A DNA stretch of 61,864 nt, the filler included, from Collodictyon triciliatum (lineage: Eukaryota), in NCBI GenBank assembly GCA_043381765.1. It is 5 parts of 5 records of this genome, joined end to end, with 100 filler letters (N's around TTAATTAATTAA, not from the genome) between each part and the next. Parts side by side here need not be neighbours in the genome. Positions count along the whole stretch, not along the records: positions 37,979 to 58,183 come from JBHJMP010000143.1; positions 58,284 to 61,864 come from JBHJMP010000147.1; 3 more parts are not named here. One strand, written 5' to 3'. Positions 47,137-58,716 of this stretch are shown here, piece by piece. The position numbers and the translations under genes are program-made. Position 1 is the stretch's first letter; each line of letters begins with the position of its first letter. The notes beneath the pieces are model-generated. The model ran no database searches. It was not told the DNA's origin and worked only from the letters and a program-made list of their open reading frames with translations.

Positions 47137-49193
47137 TATCGATGGGCAACTGACTTATTGAAATACGAACAATGCAGGCAGTTATTTTGATGGACCATGA
47201 AGATATTGCAGGGTTCGAAATATCAGCCAAAGTGTTCAAAGAAAATCTCCGGTCTGAGTATTTATCACTAACTCGTGATTTGACGTGAGTCTATTGTACT
47301 CTATATTAATCAATATGTTTGCTTGTTTGATTGATTTTTTTATTTTTTTTGTTTTTTTTTTAGTCTTTTAGTTTGTTTTTTTGTTTGTTTGCTTGCTTTG
47401 TTTGTTTGCTTTGTTGTTTTGTTGCTTTGTTGCTTTGTTGCTTTGTTGCTTTGTTGCTTTGTTTTTGGGAATAAACTCTCAATAGAATCCTAGTGATGTC
47501 ACCATTCTTCACTCACGATCTAAATATGTGTGTAGTACAAAGTTAGAAGAGGTGCATGTATCTCCAACTGATTTTTTGATTGATGAGCACATGGCTCTCT
47601 TGCTAAGCGCAGAGCAGCAGCCTCATTCGACGGTCAAGCAAATATCAGCAGAGATTCTTGTTTGGATTATACTTAAATATTTTAATTAAATAATAATATT
47701 CGTATTTCCTTGTAACAAAATAATAAGATTATTATTGCAATTATAATGGACGGTATAGAGCATCAATCGAAGTAATATACAAAGAAGCAATCCCGCTTCT
47801 TGGTCACTTAATGAGGGATACCATGACAAACCTGTTACAAGCTATCGTAGCGACTTTCGATCAAAATTTTCGGAGACAACAACCCATTCCTCAGGGCGCG
47901 CTGATATAGACACTCCTATGTAAACCCAATCTATATCAATGAAACTTAACCTTTCAATTTTCATTTGGTTACATTCGATCCTTCTTAACTGGGGTGCTTA
48001 ACGAACAAATTATTGCGCATATGAAAAAAAAAAATAGGCGTGTCGAGGAGCTCGAAGGTATTCCTTCAGTCCAAATCAAGAAAAGTGATAGAAAATTGCC
48101 GGCTTCTGAAGCATCTGCGCCATGCATATTCTCCGAATTACCATACAGAAACCCGGCAATTCAAAAGAGTTTTCCAATAGCGCATACAGATATCCATCAG
48201 GTAATACATTCATTCATTCATCAAAATTCTCCAGCTACGAAAAAAAAAACATTTTTAAAGAATCGAATATGTTAATAAAGAGTGGAGCGGGGGTGCAGCA
48301 AACAAGACATAGTCGGGCATGGGACTTCAGTAGAATGGAGCCAAATCAAGATTATGACATTACTTTATCTGTATGTTTTTAAGACGATTATGTGTGGAAA
48401 AAACTTCATTTTTAATTAAATATTTCGACAACCCAGACAAACATCGATATCCAACAGGGCCCGAATAAAGGTATATTTTATAGTTAGAACGATAGTCTTG
48501 ATAAATCTGTTTGCATACATTTTTGTTTTGGTTTTAATATGGGAGGTAATATTTAAAGTAAAAAAATAAATAAAAATAAATTAGCACTTCAAAACCGCAG
48601 AAATATTTCTGACGAGTAAGTCGAAAAATGATTAATTTCATGTTGCCGAATTTCATTTCATTCAGTTTTTTATTTTGCTGTAATAATTATTCATGTAATT
48701 TTACATACGAGATATTAAAATTAATAATTGATTCCCATAGCATCCGCTCTGGCAACCACGAAGGTAAGGAGAATACCCACATTAGATAAGACATTAAAAG
48801 ATGATTTTTTTTTTTTTTACTTCGCTGTCAAGAATTTCATTCTGAAAAAGACTTTACATTTAATTGATTTTTAAGTTGCCTTGCCCACAAATAAATTATC
48901 TGAGGAAAGGTCTCATGTCCCGACACCCGTTCCACCCATGAAAGGTCAGTCTCGAGCACAGTACAATTTAACGAAGTTGGATTCTCGCTCTTTATTTTCT
49001 TTTCTTTTCTTTTCTTTTCTTTTCTTTTCTTTTCTTTTCTTTTCTTTTCTTTTCTTTTCTTTTCTTTTCTTTTCTTTTCTTTTCTTTTCTTTNNNNNNNN
49101 NNNNNNNNNNNNNNNNNNNNNNNNNNNNNNNNNNNNNNNNNNNNNNNNNNNNNNNNNNNNNNNNNNNNNNNNNNNNNNNNNNNNNNNNNNNNT

Positions 49194-49288
<95 letters not shown>

Positions 49289-52200
49289 GGATTAAAGGAA
49301 TATTAAATGGTCAATTTATCTAATATAGGCGCCCACTTCTCTGAAGGTATCCACCTATATGAAATTGATGGGGACAATATTGCCGCGGACCACAACTCAA
49401 GATTTCAAGAATTTACCGTAGTTTCTACTGCTCGAGCATCAAGGGTGGAATTAAATCCCCTGACAAGGAATAACCTTCCAAGAGACACGACCAACACAAG
49501 ACAGATAAATCCTGCTATAGAGAGGGCCTTAGAAACGCATGCTTATATGCCACACCATCAGCATCAGGTCGAATACCAGAAATCATTAGTCAATCAATAT
49601 CAAGACAGGAATCGGTCTCTCGAACAGAGAATTGCAAACATGGAAGAGTCCCATCAAAAAGCACAGCAAGAATACGCAAAAGACATGGAAAAAGTGAAAA
49701 CTATGCATGAAAAAATAGTTCAAGATTTAGAAGCTAGACAAGATGATTTAGAGGCTAGATTGGAAGACGTTACTCGGGACCGAGCCCGTCTGAAGGCCGA
49801 GGTGGACGGCAATCGCCTTGAACTTACTTCTGAAGTCAGAGAAAAAGAAGACCTGTTGAAGAAATCAAAATTTGAGTTATCTGAAGAGTTGATATCTCTC
49901 ACAGTGAAGTGTAGCGTTCTCGAGGAGACAAATAGAACTTTTTCGGCTGAAAAGAACGAACTACTTGGACAAATATCTCAATTGAAATCTGAAGTCTCGA
50001 AACTTTTAGACAAAAATCATTCACAAGCAAGACTACTGGAAGAATCAACCTCTACTATATGTTCGCTTCAGATGACGATTGATCATATGAATAAGGAATC
50101 AATTGAGAGAAGAAGGCAGGACCACAATGAATCCGCACTTTTGAATCAAGTTTCAAGTTTACGTGAGTCATTAGATAATAGCAAAGTCCTAGCAGATAAA
50201 TACGAGTCCGAAGTATCACACATGAGAAGAGTGCAATCCGAATTCAAAAGGGAAAATGAATATTTAATGGAAAAGGTTGCTGAATCTGTAAGGAATTTAT
50301 CAGACATGGGAATACAACTGCGAATAGTTCAAAGACAACATCAACAAGAAATATTAAAAACCAATCGACTTCAAATACCTACAAAGTCTTTTCAGGAGAC
50401 TTTCAAGAAACTAGAGGATATTCAAGGTAGTTTACTCCAAAATATAGGATCTGAGAGAGGTGAATCGGTTTATGCAACAGCACCTCTAGAGTTAGAGCCT
50501 ATCATTGATTATCAAGTTGAAACAGCCAATGTTGATATAGAATTGATCGCTAAAAGGCTGTTTATAATTCTTCAAGAATTGAATGCTCTTATTAAACCAA
50601 CAACGAATGATGTAGTCATTGATTTTGATCATGAGGAAAATAGTATGAGTGATAAATGTCATGATGAAAGGATTATGGTATATGTTGAGGAAAAAATCGA
50701 CAGTCTGCTGGCTTTGCTGAAACTTAAATTGGAACAGTCCGGTAACGATATTGATCAGATAAATACATTACGAGGAAGCGAATATGCTTCGGCGGAGAAT
50801 TTTGTAGGGCCTGTCACTAGAGGTTGGAACATGGAAAAGTCAAAAGATGAAAGTCAATTCAGATATATCGCACAAAGACTTGAAACTGAACTCACTGTAC
50901 GCAACCAAACAATTGAAAGAATGAATATAGAGGAGGTTCAATACAGTCACATCATAGAAGAGCTTAGACTTCAAATAACGGAATTCAATCAAACAATACA
51001 AAATTTGAATATTAATAAAGCACATGACAATCAAACAATAGAAATTTTGACTAATGGGCTCGAAAAATCAAAGCAAACAATACAAGAGTTAAACACTGAA
51101 CTAAATGAATCAAAGCAAACAATAAAAGACCAAAGCACTGAGCTCAATGAATCAAAGCAAACAGTACAGAAGCTGAGTACTGGACTCAATGAATCAAAGC
51201 AAACAATTCAAGAGCTAAGTACGGAACTCGAAAAATCGAAGGAAACAATAAAAGACCAAAGCACTGAACTCAATGAATCAAAGCAAGCAATATATAAGCT
51301 AAGTGCGGAATCCAATGAATCAAAGCAAGCAATACAGAAGATAAGTACTGAACTCGATGAATCAAAGCAAACAATACAAGAGCTAAACGCTGAACTCAAT
51401 GAATCGAAGCAAACAATACAGAAGATAAGTACTGAACTCAATGAATCGAAGCAAACAATACAAGAGCTCAACGCTGAACTCAATGAATCGAAGCAAACAA
51501 TACAGAAGATAAGCACTGCGCTCAATGAATCAAAGCAAACAATACAAGAGCTCAACGCTGAACTCAATGAATCGAAGCAAACAATACAGAAGATAAGTAC
51601 TGAACTCAATGAATCAAAGCAAACAGTACAAGAGCTCAACGCTGAACTCAATGAATCGAAGCAAACAATACAGAAGATAAGTACTGAACTCAATGAATCG
51701 AAGCAAACAGTACAGAAGATAAGTACTGAACTCAATGAATCGAAGCAAACAGTACAAGAGATAAGTACTGAACTCAATGAATCGAAGCAAACAATACAGA
51801 AGACAAGCACTGCGCTCAATGAATCAAAGCAAACAATACAAGAGCTAAACGCTGAACTCAATGAATCGAAGCAAACAATACAGAAGATAAGTACTGAACT
51901 CAATGAATCAAAGCAATCGATTCAAGTGCTAAATGCTGAACTCAATGAATCGAAGCAAACAATACAGAAGATAAGTACTGAACTCAATGATTCAAAGCAG
52001 ACAATACGCCAGCTAAGCACTGCGCTCAATGAATCAATGGAAACAATACAAGAGCTAAGCACTGAAATCAATGAATCGAAGCAAACAGTACGCCAGCTAA
52101 GTACTGAACTCAATGAATCAAAGCAAACAATACAGAAGATAAGCACTGCGCTCAATGAATCAATGGAAACAATACGCCAGCTAAACACTGAACTCAATGA

Positions 52201-54343
52201 ATCGAAGCAAACAATACAAGAGCTAAACGCTGAACTCGATGAATCCAAGGAAACAATAAAAGACCAAAGCACTGCGCTCAATGAATCAAACCAAACAATA
52301 CGCCAGCTAAGCACTGAACTCGATGAATCAAAGCAAACAATATGCCAGCTAAACACTGAACTCAATGAATCAAAGCAGGCAATACAGAAGCTAAACACTG
52401 AACTCGATGAATCAAAGCAAACAGTACAAGAGCTAAGCACTGAACTCAATGAATCAAAGCAAACAATACATCAGCTAAGCACTGAACTCAATGAATCAAA
52501 GCAAACAATACGTCAGCTAAGCAGTGAACTCAATGAATCAAAGCAAACAATACGCCAGCTAAGTACTGAACTCAATGAATCAAAGCAAACAATACGACAG
52601 CTAAGCACTGAACTCAATGAATCGAAGCAAACAATATACCAGCTCAGTAATGAACTCAACGAATCCAAGCAAGCAATCCAAGGGTTGAAAGATGAAGGAG
52701 TTCGGTGGAACCAAACAGTAGAAAATCTTGAAATCAGGCTAAAATCTTGTACAGAACAGTTGGAGGATTTATCGTCCAAAGTATATATGAGAGATGTTTT
52801 GATATTCCAAAGAACCGAAGAAATAAAATTGTTGGATTCTGAACTGAGAGAAAATCGTCTCACTCTTACAAATTTGGGGAATCAAATTCATGAAGAGCAA
52901 AGGAAAAACAGAATTTTAGACGAAACTATTTGTAGACTATCTGACTCCATCAAATCGCTCGAGAGTCAAGCTGAAATCAGAAAAAATCAGATAAATAAGT
53001 TGTGTGAAATAATTGAGGAGAAGAAACAGAGTCTTTATGAATGTGATGCAATGATGAAGAAATACAAACAACGCATTTCGGATGGGGATGTCGAGAACAA
53101 TGAACTGAAATCACGTGTAGATAAATTGAGTGATGAATTAGAAAAAAGAAAGAAAGAGGATGTTGAGCGGCAGGCAAGCTACAAACGATTAGTGGATGAA
53201 GCGAAGAGAGATGAGGAAGCACTCCAGCAAGAACAAGCATTGTCTTCAAAACTTGCAGAAGAAATCAATGCCTTACGAGCAGCACAGGAGGATGCCTTAT
53301 TGAATGAAAAAAGTGGATTTGAAAAAAGGGAACTGCACTATCAACAAACAATACAATCGCTGCGAAATTCTTTGTCAATTCACAAGGAGTGCCTCCTTAA
53401 AAGTATTTTTGAATTCTCTCAAGTGATGGGCATTCTTTCAGAGTATCGACCAGAGTTTGTTTTCGATAACGGAAGCAGTCTTGAAGCTCGTTTGGCGACA
53501 GTAAGACTGTTTCTGGACCCGTCATCGAATGAGCCAAAAGAAGAGGTTGCTATCTGGAAAGCCATCCAAAGAATCTCCGTTTTGGTGGAAGATTTATTCA
53601 GTTCGTTTAAAGGTGCCAAAAAGACCATCGAACTCGATATGGTCCCTAAACAAACGCATATTTCGCTGCAGACATCCAAGAGCATCTTAGAGAGAGATTG
53701 GCACGAAAAAGAACGCCGCTACATCACAAAAATTGCCCAGCTGCAGACGATGATTGACAATGCAGCTATATATATAAACGAGCTGATAGAGAAAGAAGAG
53801 AAGGACTTGCACGATGCAGGGGAAATCGCAAAGTCCATAAAGAGCAGCAAAGACATCGTATGCGCAGCACTTTACCACAACCCTCATCTCATACTAAGAG
53901 CCAAGGACTCTTCATACACATCTCTCTGGTCGCATCGCTCGCAAAACACCAGCATCTACGCGCCTGTCGGGCCTGAGAGTAGCCGAAACAGCATTATGAC
54001 AAATACAGGACAGGGATATGGCGCTGTAGCAGCACCAGGCTCTGCAATAGACACAGACAGCAGAGTGGACCAAAGTGTAACCTCTGACATCGAGAGGTTT
54101 CTTGTCAATGGATTCCAGACTATCCAGCGTCAGTTGGAGGCACAAGAAAACGCAGAAAAGAAAGTAGTTTTTTTTTTTTTGCGTTCTATTTTCTTTTTTT
54201 ATATTAATTCTATGGTATATTGTTATATATTTTACTTCATGGTCAGCGCATCCAACCGCTATATGCTCGTGTTAATATTATTATATTTTTATTTGTCTGC
54301 GGGTGGGGAGGCCTATCCCGTCGGTTCGATTTCCCTGTTGTGA
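46530..54343 (+). CDS. Very large coiled-coil protein with a 14-aa tandem repeat domain; several small 5' exons plus one ~4.8-kb exon
   Basis: 1678-codon ORF (49307-54343). Upstream GT-AG exons splice in frame (MASRAGHFDNEL..., TFLVADSDAGL...NQYK|AVILMDHED...). There is probably a final intron at ~54164-54310. Confidence 0.8.
51053..52690 (+). repeat. Coding minisatellite: ~39 x 42 bp, encoding TELNESKQTIQxLS-like units
   Basis: Counted from the translation; the 42-bp periodicity is visible in the DNA. Confidence 0.95.
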
Positions 54344-54916
54344 GTTGTGTTGAAAGTGACCTGCTTTAATCACGCATTTATCACCGATTGATACTAGGAA
54401 CCTCTGTAGTCCGGTGACTGCGGCGGTCCTTCACGCCCCATTTCCATCTGTATCTAACCCTTAACACACTCGAAGCGTAACTCCTCGCAGGCGTAGAACG
54501 CGGTGCGATGTCATTAGCAGCCTCGGCGAGATTGTGCGGCAAAGAGAACGATACGTGAATATATATAAAAAAAAATACCCTCCATGAGCACTGTATCGGA
54601 AAGAGGATGAACATATGCCATCGATACAAGATACGTATGTATATATCTGACAGGGAATAAATAGAGTGGATACAGAAACGAAGTCTTGAAAAAAATAATA
54701 AAGTTTCCTCATTTCTTTTCCTCTCATTTATTTTGTTTGTCTGTTCGTTTCGTGTTGCAATGACAAAAGAAAAAATGGCATGGTTGTGAGTTGTTGCTGG
54801 TATTGTTGTTGGTATTGTTGCTGTCAAGGCACACAGGGGACTATCGGGCTCGGCACCCACATAAACGACAACAGAACGAGTAAGACGGCCGGCAGAGACG
54901 CCTTGCATCCGGACAC

Positions 54917-55853
54917 TTAATTGGCCGAGCCGGACCCAATCTGCTGGCGCTTCGTCTCTGTGGCCAGAGTCTCTGTTCCGGGCGTCCACGACTCTACGCG
55001 ACTTCCTCTCCAGCGGCCTCCGGTCGCCACCTTGTAAGAACGCATCAGAAAACAATCCAAATGCAAGACAAATCACAAACTATTAGCAAACTCACTTCGT
55101 AGGAGCCCGGAGGATAATAGCGATTCGGGGTGCCGGTCTGGTTTCCCACGTAATCGGCCAGGTAGAATGGCGGCTGCACGTTGGACTGGGGCGAGAGTTG
55201 GGGTGATGCGTATCAGAAGAGAGTCCAATATAGTGCATCAGCTTGGATTGATAGCTTGTAGCAGTTTTGCATGGGGTACCTTGTTTGGTGGCTCCTCCAC
55301 AAAGCGGTGCAGCCAGGCTAAAGTGTGTTTAGAAGGGTGAATGGGTTACACTTTTAAGATAGAGGCGTAAAGGCCACAGTCACGCCGTGTAATCTTGTGA
55401 GCAAGAAATAATATGATACAGAGAAAAATAAATGAAAAAGACAGGGAAAGCAGTAATAATAATAATAACCGTGCCACTCTGGTGGGATATCACTGGCATC
55501 CATCTTTGAGTCTGCAGGGCGAACCCAGCGATGCTGACCTGATTTTGTTTTGCGTTAAAAGATGTATTTATTACTGTCGAGGTAACAAAAACAATAATAG
55601 TAATAGTAAGTAAAAATGAAGTCAAAAAGAAAGTGGAAAACATATTTGTTTCTATGAAGCAGGACACACCATAAACCATGGTTGGATCCTCATAGTAGGT
55701 ATTTCCAAACTTGTCGGTGCCTACTGGCAGGGTTGTGCTGAAGTTGAGGTATCCGGTGGTTTGGAACTGGGTAAAGTTTGTCCAGAAGCTTTGTTGGCGG
55801 ATGTGCTTCAGGTTGAACATCAGACGCCAGAGCCACGAGGATGGGAGCGTCAT
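54917..55853 (-). CDS. NDUFA12: NADH:ubiquinone oxidoreductase subunit A12 (NDUFA12 / 17.2 kDa family), 5 exons
   Basis: VGTDKFGNTYYED..YG|.RWVRP....DASDIPPEWH|AWLHRFVEEPP|...GNQTGTPNRYYP..|...VESWTP, ending in TAA at 54917-54919. Confidence 0.92.
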
Positions 55854-56159
55854 TTCCTGCGAATCTGTCGGGTGTTTGTGAGGACCGAATCGCCCGTCTT
55901 GGGCGCTGCTTTGTTTGCTGCGACGGTCAAACTCCCGCCGAAAATAGGCTGGGGACTTTCTTCGTTTGTGTGTTTGGAATATGTTGGATGATCCTTCATA
56001 CTTGTCTCAAACTATTGGCCGTGGGAGGATTATCTGTGTTCGCGTCTTGTTCTTCTTTTTACTTGTGTTTGGTTTTTTGTTTTTTGTTTTTTCAGAGGAT
56101 CCCAAACTGTTTCGTTATTTTGGTGATTAATCAAAACCTTTGATCAAAACCAAAAAATC

Positions 56160-58183
56160 AAAGAAATATGATATATGTGGAATTCGTTCAAGGGGCACAA
56201 ACACAGCGTTAGGAATCGAACTCGGCGCCCGCATCTTCATTCATCTTGCTAGTAGCGGCTCGGGCGTGTTTGGCAGGGGTGATGGGATTCTGCTCTCACA
56301 AAACTGTGCCTTGAAGTTCGGGCATAAGCGGTGGATAAGATGCCACATTCCACGCTGCCAGAATCCTTTCGGATGGGTAAGCATATCTGTCCACCGTCTC
56401 ATCGTGAGTGATGTCCATGCAATGCCAGGCGTTATGAGTCCCAGACCTCCCTCTGTAGGTGGCTTAGAGAGTATCTTGATTTTATATTTTTGATTATTCG
56501 TAGTGATGAAGTTGTGGTAGATGTCTTCCAGCTCCTTCAGCCTCTGAGGATTCAGCACAGTTCTTTTCATGGTTTATTCCCATTCCGTCTAAAAAATATT
56601 AAAAGAAAAAAGATGAGGAAACCGCCTTCGCCTTTGAGACAAAAATGAGCTGTGGACAAGACAGTGGAAACCCCCGGATTGTGTGGTTGGGGGTTTTGTG
56701 TTTTGGGTATAAGAAAAAAAAGATGATAGAAAGGAGAGAAAGTGTTCTTTCACACGCAGACTATTCTACCCGAGGTGAACCAGCTCCAATGCGATTTCTG
56801 GTTGTATTCGATACTGACAGAAGAGCGGATAAAGTTGTCGGGTCGATGAAAGTACGCACATGGCAGTTACTTCCAAAATCGATTCCGACGAGTCCTTTCA
56901 ACCGTCCATCTCATACAAGGTTTACATGCTATTTCATTACACTGGATGAGTCTTCTGAGGGGACAACGGGTCACTTTCCTTGCGTTTCTTGCTGGGCGAC
57001 TCAGACAATAAAAGCGATACATAGTTTTTTTTTCTGGTATTATCGGAAGTGGCGCTTGACCGTCCCCTGGTTTCGGAACCATACGCAGCCGGCAGTGGAC
57101 TTTGCTTAACTGGAATATGGTTACGCGTTTGTGGGTTTAGAAACATACGCTCCTGCTTACTCGGACTGTCTTTGGTGTGTGAAGTTCCAAGCTTGGATTC
57201 GGCTCGTGGTGTTTTCTCTTGCTCCTTGGTTCTCGGTGCGACGGGCTGGGGCAGGGTAAACAAACTATCTTTGGTGGGCGCTGGTTCTTGTGTTGCCTTC
57301 GCTTCGGAGTATCCTTTCGAATAAGTAACGAAGACTGCCTTGATGACTCCTATGTTAACCATATTCACGTCAGTCTGAATGGGTAGTTTAAGGGGGGATT
57401 TCTTTCGGGGTTTGGAGATGCGCTGCTCTTGGGTCTTGCGATGTGCGGGCTTGTCCAGTATTGGCGGTGGAGGGCTCGAGTGCGAGGATTCTGAAGAGGA
57501 ACCGAGATTTCCTTACATGTCATCGTCACTGTCGCCGTATGCGCGTATCTGCTGTGAGTTTTGCAGACTCAGTTGTTGCCTGGCCTTGGCTTCCTTGACC
57601 TCGTTGCTGCTTGTCTGCTTGGCAGGTGTATTCTTTTGTGGGGCTTTTACTTGTCGTTCGTTGTTCGCGGCTGGCGGACACTCTTTGATGATGGGGTTTG
57701 AACACTTCTTACCCATGACCGTAAACTTTGCAGGGAGCTGGTTCTTATGACAGAGAAGCTTCACCACGGCCGTGTCTGTGAATAAGCCTTTGTCCTTTTT
57801 TGATATCTACGTGGGTCGGTCTGAACATCTTCAGCTCCTCACGAAGGAGTTGCGGCCACATGTCCAGCGGTAGTTGGTAGAGCATCACCGAGGTCTCTGT
57901 TGGTTTACTTCCCCTGAAGCTGATCGTAATATCGTTCAAACTTACATGCTTCAGTTCCAGAAGCTTTCGGGCGTTTTCTGCAGTGCGGAAGGCAATCAGG
58001 CAAAAGCCTTCGCTGTCCGGTAAGCGCAATTGGACGGTCTCTTCCCAAAGTTTGTTCGCTTTCAAGAAGGAGGCGAGCGCATCTGTGAGTCTGTGGGTCT
58101 TATTCTTGTTGTAGACGACTTGCTCGACCCCGTGCAAAAATACTGTCCGCTCAGACAGACTTGCAGGCGGCTTCCTTGCGCGG
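56160..58183 (-). mobile_element. Disrupted non-LTR retrotransposon: ORF1-like region plus a short post-RT ORF2 fragment, cut by a contig end
   Basis: Intronless GC-richer block with an RRM-like ORF1 (RTVFLHGV..FCLIAF..VMLYQLPLDM) frameshifting into GLFTDTAVVKL..LPAKFTVMG, then a P/S/T/K-rich region and a Cys cluster. It is followed by LSKPPTEGGLGL, the P-x-x-x-GGLG motif C-terminal to LINE RT. Confidence 0.7.
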
Positions 58184-58283
58184 NNNNNNNNNNNNNNNNN
58201 NNNNNNNNNNNNNNNNNNNNNNNNNNNTTAATTAATTAANNNNNNNNNNNNNNNNNNNNNNNNNNNNNNNNNNNNNNNNNNNN
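58184..58283. other. Artificial contig-joining linker
   Basis: TTAATTAATTAA at 58228-58239 within N runs. Confidence 0.95.
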
Positions 58284-58340
<57 letters not shown>

Positions 58341-58716
58341 GTTAAAAAAAAAAAAAAAAAAATGAAATTAAAACACAAAAAAAGTGAAAAAAGAAAAGCC
58401 AACCGGAAAAGAGTTCGCCGAAAGACAGCCGGGTGCTGATTGTACGGTATTATTGTTACTGCACAGTCTCCACGGCAGATGCGGTTTTCCTGGGGCGCAA
58501 CGCCCGTTGGAAAATAATGGATATGTAGAAAGTGTTCCAAAATGTTGAAGATAAGGCACAGAAGTACCCTCCGAACAAAAGACAAGATGGGATGTTATTA
58601 TTATTTTTTTTTGTTTAAAGGGTCTTTTGTTGCATAAAGAATCAGGCGTGCGCATTTTTATTATATTTTTGAACGACTGGAGAAGTCTTTAAGCTCTTGT
58701 TATGGAGAGCTCCTCT

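Noticed and set aside
51208..52863. Long minus-strand ORFs with CFDSLSS repeats
   Set aside because: Antisense shadow of the 42-bp coding repeat.
56205..56230. B-box-like GAGTTCGATTCC on the minus strand (also GGTTCGATTTCC at ~54323)
   Set aside because: There is no cloverleaf or A-box, and both lie in continuing reading frames (LINE relic; last exon).
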